Origin: Verrucomicrobia bacterium UBA1183
Lineage (GTDB): Bacteria > Verrucomicrobiota > Verrucomicrobiia > Opitutales > UBA9783
Direction: 5' to 3'
Length of the DNA stretch: 64,000 nucleotides
NCBI GenBank assembly: GCA_002309885.1
Contig: DBYP01000018.1
Span: 27,602-91,601, forward strand
The notes beneath the pieces are model-generated. The model searched no databases. It was not told where the DNA came from and saw nothing but the letters and a program-made list of their open reading frames with translations. Each line of letters starts with the position of its first letter. Positions within the stretch are counted from its first letter, which is position 1. The translations under genes were made by a program, and so were the position numbers. This document shows, piece after piece, positions 26,821 to 36,297 of the stretch.

Positions 26821-28329
26821 TCAATCAATTCTGAATTTGAGCAGTGTACGAAAAGAATTTTTATCGAAGATTCGCAATAAAAAGAGATAAATAAAGCCAC
26901 TACATAGGATTAACAAGGACAACTGTAAGGCCATTTCGATTTTTTGCAAATGCCAATTCAGTAGGAGATTAATACCATATAAAATGATGGCAAACAGAGT
27001 TAACGCTAGACATTTTCTTTCAAAAAACATTTTGAAGGTTAGTACATAAAATGGGTAACGCTTTTGAATGATCTTTACTTGCAAAATACATAAAACTAAT
27101 GTGCTTAAAACGGACGCTAATGCTAAGCTATTAATACCTATCAAAGGCATGAAGATTAGAAAGCTTACAATGTATAAGACAAGCGTTATCCCAGAAAGTT
27201 TGACCGGTGTTTTGGTGTCTTTATGAGCATAAAAAACGCGTGTTAATAGTGCGGTTATGCCAAATAAAGGAAGTCCGATAGCAAATATTTTTAACAAAGG
27301 AATGACATTTCGGATATCTTCTCCGGAAAACTTTCCCCAACGAAAACAGAGATCCAAAATGGGTTGTGACAGCAGATACAATCCTATCGCGCAAGGAATC
27401 AGCAATAACAAAATTAGTTGGATGCCAGAAGTTAGCGTTTCTTTCGCACGTAACTCATCTTGTTGCGCACTATGCAGAGATAATTTGGGTAAAACTACTG
27501 AAATAATAGCAAAAGCAAAAAGCCCCAACGGCAGTTCTAGGAATCGATTGGCGAGATACAAAAAGGAAACCGAACGCTCATCCACAATGTAGGCGAAAAA
27601 TCGTCCCAGCATGGTATTGATTTGAAATATGGCAGCACCTAAAACGCTGGGCAAAAAGAGATTCCAGATGCGCTCCAAATCGGAATCTTTTTTCCAAACA
27701 AAGGTGTTTAGTGGGAATCCATTGGCTTTCAATTGCTGTTTGGGCAAAAACCATTGTAATAAGCCACCAAAAATGACGCAAATGGATAGTATACGAACCT
27801 GTGTCATCGGTTGATTATACGACGCACAGTACCATAGACCTGTCAGCATGGTGAGGTTTAAAAGTACCGGAGAAAATGCCGTCAGAGAAAAAGCGTTTAG
27901 CACATTGAGAGCTCCGTTAAGAAGCGCAGCGGTGCAAATAAACCATAAATAGGGTAGCATCGCGTTGGTAAGGTAAAGAACGGTAGCCCATTTAGGATCC
28001 GTAATCCATTGATGTAATAATGCTAAAAGCAGCATTACAAAGAAGATAACGATGCCCAAATAAACGCCGAAACGAGTAAAAAACGCGTTGAGAAATGTTG
28101 TTGCAGAACGAGGCCTTTGCACATAACGTTGTGCAAAAACCGGAATAAACGCGGAACTTAACGCGCCTTCTCCGCAAAGACGACGGAATAAATTGGGAAT
28201 AGCGAATGCAATTAAAAACGCGGAAGCTTCCATGGAAGAACCAAGTAGCGCGAAGAAGACAATATCTCTTAGAAAACCAAGAATGCGCGAACAAAATGTC
28301 CCCGTGATCAGTTTTAAGAGTGCGTACAT
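26821..28329 (-). CDS. murJ: lipid II flippase MurJ (MviN)
   Basis: 502 aa and polytopic. The N-terminus SRILGFLRDIVFFALLG..AFLIAFAIPNLFRRLCGEGALSSAFIPVF is the MurJ signature. Confidence 0.9.
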   Translation of the reverse strand: MYALLKLITGTFCSRILGFLRDIVFFALLGSSMEASAFLIAFAIPNLFRRLCGEGALSSAFIPVFAQRYVQRPRSATTFLNAFFTRFGVYLGIVIFFVMLLLALLHQWITDPKWATVLYLTNAMLPYLWFICTAALLNGALNVLNAFSLTAFSPVLLNLTMLTGLWYCASYNQPMTQVRILSICVIFGGLLQWFLPKQQLKANGFPLNTFVWKKDSDLERIWNLFLPSVLGAAIFQINTMLGRFFAYIVDERSVSFLYLANRFLELPLGLFAFAIISVVLPKLSLHSAQQDELRAKETLTSGIQLILLLLIPCAIGLYLLSQPILDLCFRWGKFSGEDIRNVIPLLKIFAIGLPLFGITALLTRVFYAHKDTKTPVKLSGITLVLYIVSFLIFMPLIGINSLALASVLSTLVLCILQVKIIQKRYPFYVLTFKMFFERKCLALTLFAIILYGINLLLNWHLQKIEMALQLSLLILCSGFIYLFLLRIFDKNSFRTLLKFRID

Positions 28330-28330
28330 A

Positions 28331-29047
28331 TTATAAAGAAATGAAATCTTGTTTCTTAATCCAACCGTCTTCTCCGAAAGTTGTATTTACGAAATAATAA
28401 TCGCCACGTTCTATTTTTATAGAGCATTGTGTCCCCGAATCCCAATTATAACGTACAGGACTATTGTCTCCGGGAGCAAAACGTGCTGTGGTAATTTCAG
28501 GTAAGATACCGCGTTGTTTTGATGTATCTTGCATAGTTATCAAGAGCAGTAAGAGGCAAAATAATCCTCCGAAGCTGCAACCTGCATATAAAATAAATTT
28601 ATTTTTTCGAATACATACAAAATAAATTAATGAAAGGACACAGCTCCAAAAAGCAAAAGAACATAAAATTTTCCACGAAGAAACGCTTAAGAATGAAAAA
28701 ATACGCTCGTAAAAATGTTTTTCTGCAGGAGCAAAATTTGTATGTTGCGTGTAAAATTGCTTCAGTGTTTGTTGGAGTAATTCCCAACGAGGTTTTAATT
28801 TTTCTGCTTTCAAAAAGTAAGCCAGAGCGAATCCTGGTTTGTTTAGTGCGGAATAACATTGCCCAATGTTGTAGAAAATTTGAGCGCTGGAATTATACGA
28901 TAATGCCGTTTGATATTGCGAAAGAGCTTCTGCCCACTGTTTTTCTCCAAAAAGCTTATGTGCAGATTGGACGGTGATTTCGGCTTCCTGTTGTGTGATT
29001 CCAAATGCAGAAGCGACGAAGCATATCCACAAAAAAAGAGTTTTCAT
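28331..29047 (-). CDS. batE: BatE-like TPR / SH3b protein
   Basis: Signal peptide, a TPR segment (AEALSQYQTAL..YNIGQCYSALNKPGFALAYFLKA), a TM segment and a C-terminal SH3b-like domain (GDYYFVNTTFGEDGWIKKQD). It is the last Bat gene. Confidence 0.6.
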   Translation of the reverse strand: MKTLFLWICFVASAFGITQQEAEITVQSAHKLFGEKQWAEALSQYQTALSYNSSAQIFYNIGQCYSALNKPGFALAYFLKAEKLKPRWELLQQTLKQFYTQHTNFAPAEKHFYERIFSFLSVSSWKILCSFAFWSCVLSLIYFVCIRKNKFILYAGCSFGGLFCLLLLLITMQDTSKQRGILPEITTARFAPGDNSPVRYNWDSGTQCSIKIERGDYYFVNTTFGEDGWIKKQDFISL

Positions 29048-30750
29048 TTTAAATCCTTTAACAATTTTTTAATTTGTGAAAAATTTTGGGGACAGGTGCA
29101 CTGCTTTTGCCCAAATTGTGTTTCTTGATAATGTTGCTCAATTTCCTGTAGCAAATGCTTTTGCTCCGGAGATAAAGTCTCCATGGCGTTTGTTCGCCTT
29201 TCTAAGAGCACTGTTAAAAGCTCGTGCAATATCGTATAGACTTCAACCGCCTGCTGATGTTTAAAAGCGCTATTTAATGCTTGTGAAAGGTGTACAATTT
29301 GTTTTTCGCGTTGAAGTTTTGTTGCGTAGGCAGGGTTGTGATTTATCTTACGATATCGAATTGCAGATGTTGCAAAAATTAAAGTGAAACAGCCTAACAG
29401 CGCTTGCCAAACCCAAAAATAAGGACATGCTGATTCCCACTCGACGGCATCAAGGGTTATACTATAATGGGGTTCGTTTATCTTGTTTTTTTGTTTTTCA
29501 TTTACCACTTCAGGGGCACTGTTTCCCGGAGTTATAACAGGAGCATGCAACGCGGGTTTTACGGAAATGGGTGCCGAAGCCTTACGCGAAATATTTTCGT
29601 ATTGATCGGTAGCTGTATTGAAAAAACAGAAGCTAACCGTGGGCAAATCTACAAGCCCTTCTTTTAATGGAACTAGCGTATATTTAAACGTTAGTTCTCC
29701 GTTGTAACCTATGGGATCTTTGGATTCGAAGGAAGATGTTGGGTCGTAAGTGCGCCAAGTTTGGGAATCCAATTCTAAGGTTGGAGCTTTAATGTTTTCG
29801 AAATTACCTTTACCGGTAACCTTTACGGAAAATGTAAGAGGTTCATTTTGAATGAATTCCTTTTCCAAAGGTTGTGGGGTTGCAATTTGAAAAAATCCGA
29901 TCGCTTGATGAAAATTGTCAGGTTGAGGTAATGGTAAAGGCAGTACGTTAATATGATATTCTTTGCTTTGTAACGTTACTGGTTCCGATCGTGAAAAGAC
30001 ACCACCAAAACCTTGCGAAAGGATATCTAACGGATCGTCATCAAACAATCGACGGATGCGTGCTTTTTGTTCGATTTCCATATCAACGGATAGCGAGAGT
30101 GTATTTTGGCCGGATTGTAGTGCTGTGACAAGCGTTGGCCAGTATAAGCAGGCAAACGTTGTCCCCTGGACCGACTGTGTCGTCTTCTGAGGGGCATCAA
30201 TGAGATGTGTTGCTGAAAATGCATCGCCTTGCTTTTGCGGGAAATTGGACAACTGACCGCGTAATCCTGGCGGTGTTAGCAATTGAACTTGAAGCGGGCA
30301 ACATTGTCCGACGTACCATTTTTTGGGGAAATCGCCTGCCAGCAATAAACAGGCATCATGGGTTGCTTCAGATTCTGCTTTCTGATTTGCGGGCAATACA
30401 GTAAATGTTGTTGCAGGGACGGTGTACGATTTCCCTTGGCTACGACATGGGAAAGAGGGAATATTGAACGTACCCGTTTGAGAAACCAAAATGCGGAAGA
30501 ACCAAGTAGTGGAACGTTCCATAACGCCATTGATGTACCGTGTTTGCGAGGATTGACTTTCATAGCGCAACTGAAATGAATCCAGCTGTGGCAATTCGAA
30601 TTCGACCTGTGATAGCGATTGAGAAGTCGTTACGGTGAGATAAGAATTTTGCCCCAACGGAAACGATGTGGGTTGCACTTGTGCTTGAAAGTCTTCAGCG
30701 CTTAAAAGGCTATAAGATAGCAATAATGTAAAAAAACAAAACGGTTTCAT
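29044..30750 (-). CDS. batD: BatD-like (oxygen-tolerance family) protein
   Basis: 568 aa with a signal peptide, repeated beta-rich segments, a single late TM (WVWQALLGCFTLIFATSAI) and a position between batC and batE. Confidence 0.6.
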   Translation of the reverse strand: MKPFCFFTLLLSYSLLSAEDFQAQVQPTSFPLGQNSYLTVTTSQSLSQVEFELPQLDSFQLRYESQSSQTRYINGVMERSTTWFFRILVSQTGTFNIPSFPCRSQGKSYTVPATTFTVLPANQKAESEATHDACLLLAGDFPKKWYVGQCCPLQVQLLTPPGLRGQLSNFPQKQGDAFSATHLIDAPQKTTQSVQGTTFACLYWPTLVTALQSGQNTLSLSVDMEIEQKARIRRLFDDDPLDILSQGFGGVFSRSEPVTLQSKEYHINVLPLPLPQPDNFHQAIGFFQIATPQPLEKEFIQNEPLTFSVKVTGKGNFENIKAPTLELDSQTWRTYDPTSSFESKDPIGYNGELTFKYTLVPLKEGLVDLPTVSFCFFNTATDQYENISRKASAPISVKPALHAPVITPGNSAPEVVNEKQKNKINEPHYSITLDAVEWESACPYFWVWQALLGCFTLIFATSAIRYRKINHNPAYATKLQREKQIVHLSQALNSAFKHQQAVEVYTILHELLTVLLERRTNAMETLSPEQKHLLQEIEQHYQETQFGQKQCTCPQNFSQIKKLLKDLK

Positions 30751-30751
30751 T

Positions 30752-31471
30752 TTACCAATCCTTGAGTACCTTATCTTCGGGTAGATTTGAATTTTTTGAG
30801 AAATTTATGGGCAAAATGCGTTCGTTGTTTTGTTCTTTTTGTAACACATTTTGCATCTCTTGCTGTTTTGCATTTTGTGGCTGCGGTTGCTGTTGTTGCT
30901 CTTTATTTTGCTGTTGCTTGTTTTCTTGCTGTTGTTCCTGCTTATTTTCTTTTGACGGCTCCTTGTTGGAATCTTTATTGTCTTCCTTTTTGCGATCTTG
31001 ATCTTTTTGTTCCTCTTTTTGCTGCTGCTGTTGCTGATTCTTCTGTTGTTCTTGCTTCTTTTTTAAACGCTCGAGCCATTTTTTTGCCACATCCAGATTA
31101 TGTTGTGTGTCTTCCGCGTCTTTGTTCAAAGCGACGGCACCTTCATAATTTTGAATACTCTTTTCAAGTAAGGGAATTTTCTGCGGATCTTCCGGTGCCT
31201 TTTCGGCTTGTTTGAAATAAGTATTGCCTAGGTTGTGCAGAATCGCTTCTTGATGCTCGGGTTGTTCGCAGCGCTGAATGGATTCAGAGAAACATTTTTC
31301 AGCGTTCTCTAAATCAGAATTCTGGTAATACATGCGGCCCAAATTGTAATGTCCTTGCCACTTATCGGGGTGCTTTGAGCAGTAATTTTGCGTTTTTTGA
31401 AGTACTTTTGCCGAATCTTCCGCTAGAACGAGAGAAGTTGTTAATAAAAATGTGTAAAAAAGTTTATTCAT
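30752..31471 (-). CDS. batC: BatC-like TPR protein with Gln/Lys/Glu-rich tail
   Basis: Signal peptide, a TPR region (GHYNLGRMYYQNSDLENAEKCF..LHNLGNTYFKQ), then a low-complexity QQQQQQKEEQKDQDRKKEDNK tail. Confidence 0.6.
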   Translation of the reverse strand: MNKLFYTFLLTTSLVLAEDSAKVLQKTQNYCSKHPDKWQGHYNLGRMYYQNSDLENAEKCFSESIQRCEQPEHQEAILHNLGNTYFKQAEKAPEDPQKIPLLEKSIQNYEGAVALNKDAEDTQHNLDVAKKWLERLKKKQEQQKNQQQQQQKEEQKDQDRKKEDNKDSNKEPSKENKQEQQQENKQQQNKEQQQQPQPQNAKQQEMQNVLQKEQNNERILPINFSKNSNLPEDKVLKDW

Positions 31472-32469
31472 TTTGTATCTGTCTTTTTACGTGAATACAA
31501 CAAAGGTTCCAAAGTTAGCAAAATTAATGCGATGCCAGCGAACCAAGCGTAACGTTCTATAGGCAGTTTCTCGACACTTTCGAAACTTTCTTTGGGGAGA
31601 TTTTTTAATGCCATTTTGTAGATATTTTGCAATCCTTCACCGGCATTTCCAAGCGGCATATAAAATCCATGGGTTGTTTGGGCAATTTGTTGCAAGGTAG
31701 CTTCGTCCAACTTCGTGAAAATCGTATTGCCTTCAGAATCTTTCAAATATTCATTTAAGCCGCGTTCATTGGTAATGCTAATTGGTGTACCGTGAGGTGA
31801 TCCGATACCGATCGTATGGACAACGACGCCCTGATTTGCTAGATCTTTAGCGGTTTTCAAAGCATCACCGGACAAATTTTCTCCATCCGTTAGGAGCATC
31901 ATCTGTTTGTAATGTGATTGTGGATCAAAAGTTTGCGCGGCCAACAACATCGCTGCCGACAAGTCCGTACCGCCTTTGGGGATAATTTGCGTGTCGGTTG
32001 CCTGAAGAGCTAGCTTGAATGCATCGTAATCGGAAGTAGATGGACATTGTAAAAATGCAGTTCCTGCGAATGCAATTAGACCTACTTGATCGCCCGATAA
32101 AGATTTTAAAAGTTCCAAAATGCTCATCTTGGCCAACTCCAGACGATTGGGACGTACGTCGTTTGCCAGCATGCTTTTTGAGGTGTCCAAAACAAAGATG
32201 ATATTAGCGCCTGAAAACTCACGTTTTTCTAATGAAAAATCCCATTGAGGACGCGCTAAGGCAATACCTAAAAAAATAATACCCAGCAATCCGCAAATGC
32301 GACGAAAACGGTGTCCCCATTTGGCGGCTGTTGTTATTTCCAAATGAAAAACTTCCCCCCATAAGAGCTTATTTTTTTTGTCTTTGCGACGAACCAGAAT
32401 ATGTAGAACACAGCCGATAACAAAAGCTATCAGAAAAATAACGCCGTAACTTGGTTCTGCAAAGGTCAT
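31468..32469 (-). CDS. batB: BatB-like von Willebrand factor A domain membrane protein
   Basis: N-terminal TM segments, the VWA MIDAS motif IIFVLDTSKSM, LLTDGEN, and a C-terminal TM. Confidence 0.8.
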   Translation of the reverse strand: MTFAEPSYGVIFLIAFVIGCVLHILVRRKDKKNKLLWGEVFHLEITTAAKWGHRFRRICGLLGIIFLGIALARPQWDFSLEKREFSGANIIFVLDTSKSMLANDVRPNRLELAKMSILELLKSLSGDQVGLIAFAGTAFLQCPSTSDYDAFKLALQATDTQIIPKGGTDLSAAMLLAAQTFDPQSHYKQMMLLTDGENLSGDALKTAKDLANQGVVVHTIGIGSPHGTPISITNERGLNEYLKDSEGNTIFTKLDEATLQQIAQTTHGFYMPLGNAGEGLQNIYKMALKNLPKESFESVEKLPIERYAWFAGIALILLTLEPLLYSRKKTDTK

Positions 32470-33407
32470 GACAGTATGCGAAAACGATAATGTTTTAGTA
32501 AAAATTCACACAACAAAAGGAAAAAAGCAAGACATAAAAGTGTAGGGAAAAATTCTGAATACTCGTTATATCCATTCATTTTCACATCTGTTTTCTCCAA
32601 TTGGTCGATCTCTCGGTAAACTTGTTGCAAAGAATGGATGTCATAAGCTTTATAAAAACGTCCTCCGGTTTTTTCAGCCATCCGGACCAAGGTTTGTTCA
32701 TCCACAGGGAAGATTTGGTCATTGCCTACCATGATAGTGTAAATCTTGGTTTTAAACGTTTCCGCGGTTTCCGCTGCAAGCATAGGAGAAACGTCGCCGA
32801 AGTTGTTGACACCATCGGTCAAAAGTATGATGAGGCGCGTTTTTGCTTTCAAGTTTTTAAGACGATTAACGCACATAGCAACCGCACTTCCGATGGCAGT
32901 TCCGTCTTCGACCATGCCGGCATTGAGACGTTCTAAGTTCTTCAAAAGCCACGGATGATTAAGTGTTAACGGGCTTACCAAGTAAGGATAGCGCGCAAAA
33001 GCAACCAAACCGATACGATCGTGTGAACGTTTCCGAATGAATTCATCCAAAACCGCTTTGGCAGCTTGAATACGCGAACTACGCTGTAGCTGATTGATGG
33101 AGAAGTCTGGAATTTGCATAGAGCTGGATAAGTCGAGCGCCAAAAGGATATCGACACCCGATTTGTTTTGAAAATGCGATGTTATACCTTGCGGACGGGC
33201 TAAAGCAATGATCAAAGCTGATAATGCTAGTGCACGAAAAATCTGCGGAACTCTGTTGGGGTGTGCACTGCTGGACGGAAAATTTCTTAACGAAGAGATC
33301 GGTATAAATTTGTGACTATGCCAACGCTTAAAACAGATAAATACCCATAGAGGAATCCACAAGAGATTCAGCAGGATAAGAGGATATTTAAAAGCAAAGT
33401 GATGCAT
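32466..33407 (-). CDS. batA: BatA-like von Willebrand factor A domain membrane protein
   Basis: Two N-terminal TM segments, the VWA MIDAS motif ILLALDLSSSM, ILLTDGVNN, and a C-terminal TM. Confidence 0.8.
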   Translation of the reverse strand: MHHFAFKYPLILLNLLWIPLWVFICFKRWHSHKFIPISSLRNFPSSSAHPNRVPQIFRALALSALIIALARPQGITSHFQNKSGVDILLALDLSSSMQIPDFSINQLQRSSRIQAAKAVLDEFIRKRSHDRIGLVAFARYPYLVSPLTLNHPWLLKNLERLNAGMVEDGTAIGSAVAMCVNRLKNLKAKTRLIILLTDGVNNFGDVSPMLAAETAETFKTKIYTIMVGNDQIFPVDEQTLVRMAEKTGGRFYKAYDIHSLQQVYREIDQLEKTDVKMNGYNEYSEFFPTLLCLAFFLLLCEFLLKHYRFRILS

Positions 33408-34168
33408 TACTGTTCTGATGTATTAGCGTTTTGAAGTTGAATTAGCTTGTCCGATGACAGAATAAATTCCTTAGCTTGATGGTATAATTTCAAGCGTTCC
33501 GGTTGTTCGAATTGCAATTTTGTGAATTTGGCCAAATCGCATTGTTGCAACAAATATGTAATGTTTTCCCGAAGTTCTTCCGTAAGTAAAGCTACATTGG
33601 GCAGTTGTTCAAGGACTTCCTCGGTGGTACATTCTGGAGCGGGCAAGCTGAATACGGCGGCAAGATAGCCTCTTACGGCATCCGTAATCCCGGTTGCGAA
33701 GGGTCGCTGATCGAGGCGCTGTATAAGCTGTAAAGCGGATTCCAGTTCTTGAAGTGCTTTATGATAAGGATCGGGTGGAATAATCGAAATGCCCGAGCGT
33801 TGCCCGCGACGCTTTCTTATGAGATATATCAGTGTAAGCAAAAGAATAAGAAGGATACCTGCAATCGTGGTTATCTGCCAAGTTTCTAGAGGTAAATCAA
33901 CCGCAGGACGTATATCGCGGATAGCCTCTAGAGGTTCTTCTTCGGAAACTTCTTCGGCAGTTGACGTTCCTTCGGTAGCTGAACCAATATCTACAGTTGA
34001 AGCGTCCTCTTGGAAGGGAATATCATTTTCGTTGGAAATTTCTGGTTTTGTATTATCGACAATCTGTTGAGCATCCGTATTGCTCAGATCTGGTGCGGAG
34101 GTTTCGGTTTCTGCAAACAAAGCTGAGGTTAATACTAAAACTAAGACTGTTTTGATAAAATGTTTCAT
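33407..34168 (-). CDS. DUF4381-like single-pass membrane protein
   Basis: Signal peptide, an acidic Ser/Thr/Glu-rich region, one TM (ITTIAGILLILLLTLIYLI) and a helical C-terminus. It holds the conserved slot between DUF58 and batA in MoxR-Bat operons. Confidence 0.55.
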   Translation of the reverse strand: MKHFIKTVLVLVLTSALFAETETSAPDLSNTDAQQIVDNTKPEISNENDIPFQEDASTVDIGSATEGTSTAEEVSEEEPLEAIRDIRPAVDLPLETWQITTIAGILLILLLTLIYLIRKRRGQRSGISIIPPDPYHKALQELESALQLIQRLDQRPFATGITDAVRGYLAAVFSLPAPECTTEEVLEQLPNVALLTEELRENITYLLQQCDLAKFTKLQFEQPERLKLYHQAKEFILSSDKLIQLQNANTSEQ

Positions 34169-34171
34169 AAT

Positions 34172-35074
34172 TTAGTGATGGTTTCGGCGTTTAAATAGTT
34201 TTTCCAAAGCATTTATGTAAGGTTGTCCATTGAGCAGTGTTAAGCATTCAATGCCCTGTTTCTGGCAAAGATTTTGGAATTCAGAACGAACCTGATCGCG
34301 TTTTTTCGAAAAGGCCTTTCGAAGTTTTTCTGAGTGTGTATCTAAATAGAATGTTTCATGTGTTTCGGCATCTTTAAGTGCAATAAAACCTACATCGGGT
34401 AATGTTTTTTCGCGCGGATCTTCAATCCGGAAACAAATGAGATCATGGTGATGACTCAAACGTGATAGATTTTTAATCGTTTTTTCAGGAATATCCTTTT
34501 GGGAATGGATGAAATCAGAAATCAAACATACAATGGCTTTCTTTTTAATCATCTGCCCAATTTGTTCCAAGCAAGCATTCAAATTTGTGGCTTCGTTCTG
34601 GGGCTTGAAGAACAAAGCTTCGCGGATCAAGCGTAGAAGCTGTTGACGTCCTTTTTGAGGAGGAATATACTTTTCGACACGATCCGAAAAAAGGATAAGT
34701 CCAACCTTATCATTGTTTTTTAGAGCTGAAAAAGCCAAAATGCCAGCAATTTCGGTAGCAAATTCGCGTTTAGATTGATCGGTAGTTCCACAAGCTGTTG
34801 AGCCGCTGACGTCAATTGCCAACAGCAGTGTAAGTTCACGTTCTTCTCGAAATATTTTTACGAAAGGCTGTCCCAGTTTTGCAGATGAGTTCCAGTCAAT
34901 AAAGCGAATTTCATCGCCTGGAATGTAAGCGCGAATTTCTTCAAAGTTTACCCCTTGGCCCTTGAAAACACTGTGGTACGAACCCGTTAGAGAATTTGAG
35001 GTTTCTTTACGGGTTTTCAATTCAATGGCGCGCACTTTTTGCAGCATCGCGCGAACTTTGGCTTCTTCAATCAT
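34172..35074 (-). CDS. DUF58 family protein (MoxR-associated VWA-like)
   Basis: GSYHSVFKGQGVNFEEIRAYIPGDEIRFIDWNSSAK..FREERELTLLLAIDVSGS is the DUF58 signature. Confidence 0.85.
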   Translation of the reverse strand: MIEEAKVRAMLQKVRAIELKTRKETSNSLTGSYHSVFKGQGVNFEEIRAYIPGDEIRFIDWNSSAKLGQPFVKIFREERELTLLLAIDVSGSTACGTTDQSKREFATEIAGILAFSALKNNDKVGLILFSDRVEKYIPPQKGRQQLLRLIREALFFKPQNEATNLNACLEQIGQMIKKKAIVCLISDFIHSQKDIPEKTIKNLSRLSHHHDLICFRIEDPREKTLPDVGFIALKDAETHETFYLDTHSEKLRKAFSKKRDQVRSEFQNLCQKQGIECLTLLNGQPYINALEKLFKRRNHH

Positions 35075-36087
35075 CAGGGAACCGGGACCGTTTCCAGAAT
35101 TTTTTCGATAATTTGATCGCTGGTAATTTCCTCTGCTTCCGCTTCATAGGATAAGCCGATACGGTGCCTCAAAACGCTCAGAGCCATAGCCTTGACGTCT
35201 TGTGGGATAACGTAGCCGCGATGTTTTAAGAATGCCCAAGTCTTGGCGGCAATCGTTAACGCAATGGTGGCACGTGGAGAGGCGCCAAAACGCAGTAGAT
35301 TCTTAATATCGAGATGATATTGTTCCGGTGTGCGTGTAGCATAAATCAAATGTACGATGTAATCTTTGATTTTATCGTCCATGTAAATCTTATCAATCCA
35401 CTGACGACTTTCGAAGATTTCCTGTGCCGAAAGAATGGCTTGCGGCTCCTGGGGTGTTTGCAGCGTGCTCTTAGCTTCCAAAATCTTTCGTTCCTCATTC
35501 CAAGACGGATAGTTCACGGTCAACTTCAGCATGAAACGATCCACTTGAGCTTCCGGTAAGGAGTAAGTTCCTTCCTGTTCCACCGGATTTTGGGTCGCAA
35601 GTACAAAAAATGGATTGTCTAATTTGTACGTCGTTTCTCCCAGGGTGACTTGGCGCTCTTGCATACCTTCCAACAGGGCGCTCTGAACCTTTGAAGGCGC
35701 ACGATTGATTTCATCTGCAAGCAGGATGTTGGTGAAGATAGGCCCTTTCTTGGTGGTAAAATCACCCGAAACAGGGTTGTAAATGAGCGTTCCAATAATG
35801 TCCGAAGGTAATAAATCTGGGGTAAATTGGATGCGCTTAAAATCCAGCTTAAAGATTTGGGCGACTGTTTTTATAAGCAATGTTTTTGCCAATCCAGGCA
35901 AACCTTCAAGTAGAATGTGGCCGTTCCCCAGCAAACCGACGAGCAGGTGATCAACAATGTTCTTATTGCCGATGATAACCTTGCTGATTTCGGCCTTCAA
36001 TAACTCTACCCAAGCTGTTTTTGTCTGAATTTCCTCATTTAATTCCGTCAAAGAAGACGGTTGTGTGTTTGAATCTAACATCTCCAT
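35074..36087 (-). CDS. moxR: MoxR-family AAA+ ATPase
   Basis: Walker A GLPGLAKT, Walker B LLADEINRA and LATQNPVEQEGTYSLPEAQVDRF. The ATG at 36087 (MEMLDSN) gives 338 aa. The track's 413-aa form adds 75 implausible residues. Confidence 0.92.
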   Translation of the reverse strand: MEMLDSNTQPSSLTELNEEIQTKTAWVELLKAEISKVIIGNKNIVDHLLVGLLGNGHILLEGLPGLAKTLLIKTVAQIFKLDFKRIQFTPDLLPSDIIGTLIYNPVSGDFTTKKGPIFTNILLADEINRAPSKVQSALLEGMQERQVTLGETTYKLDNPFFVLATQNPVEQEGTYSLPEAQVDRFMLKLTVNYPSWNEERKILEAKSTLQTPQEPQAILSAQEIFESRQWIDKIYMDDKIKDYIVHLIYATRTPEQYHLDIKNLLRFGASPRATIALTIAAKTWAFLKHRGYVIPQDVKAMALSVLRHRIGLSYEAEAEEITSDQIIEKILETVPVP

Positions 36088-36297
36088 AACAAAGCAAGTG
36101 ATACGGTAAAAAATTTTGAGCGTTTTGTCAATATTTTCGCGAAAGGAGATTACAATTTCAAGGTTGAAAACAAAAAGCTTCCTGTCTATTGGCTTTGTAA
36201 AAATTTTGTCTCTCTCGCTGTATTTTATAATTAAAGGTGTAATCGAATGCATTTTGGGGTTGCCAATGTAAGGAAAGAGACTTAATCTCTTAGGCAT

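Noticed and set aside
30762..31215. Cys-rich ORFs (79 and 142 aa, for example CGCGCCCCSLFCCCLFSCCCSC) on the plus strand.
   Set aside because: They are antisense to the Gln/Lys/Glu-rich low-complexity tail of batC, where CAG, CAA and AAG repeats read as TGC and TTG on the other strand. They have no independent start context.
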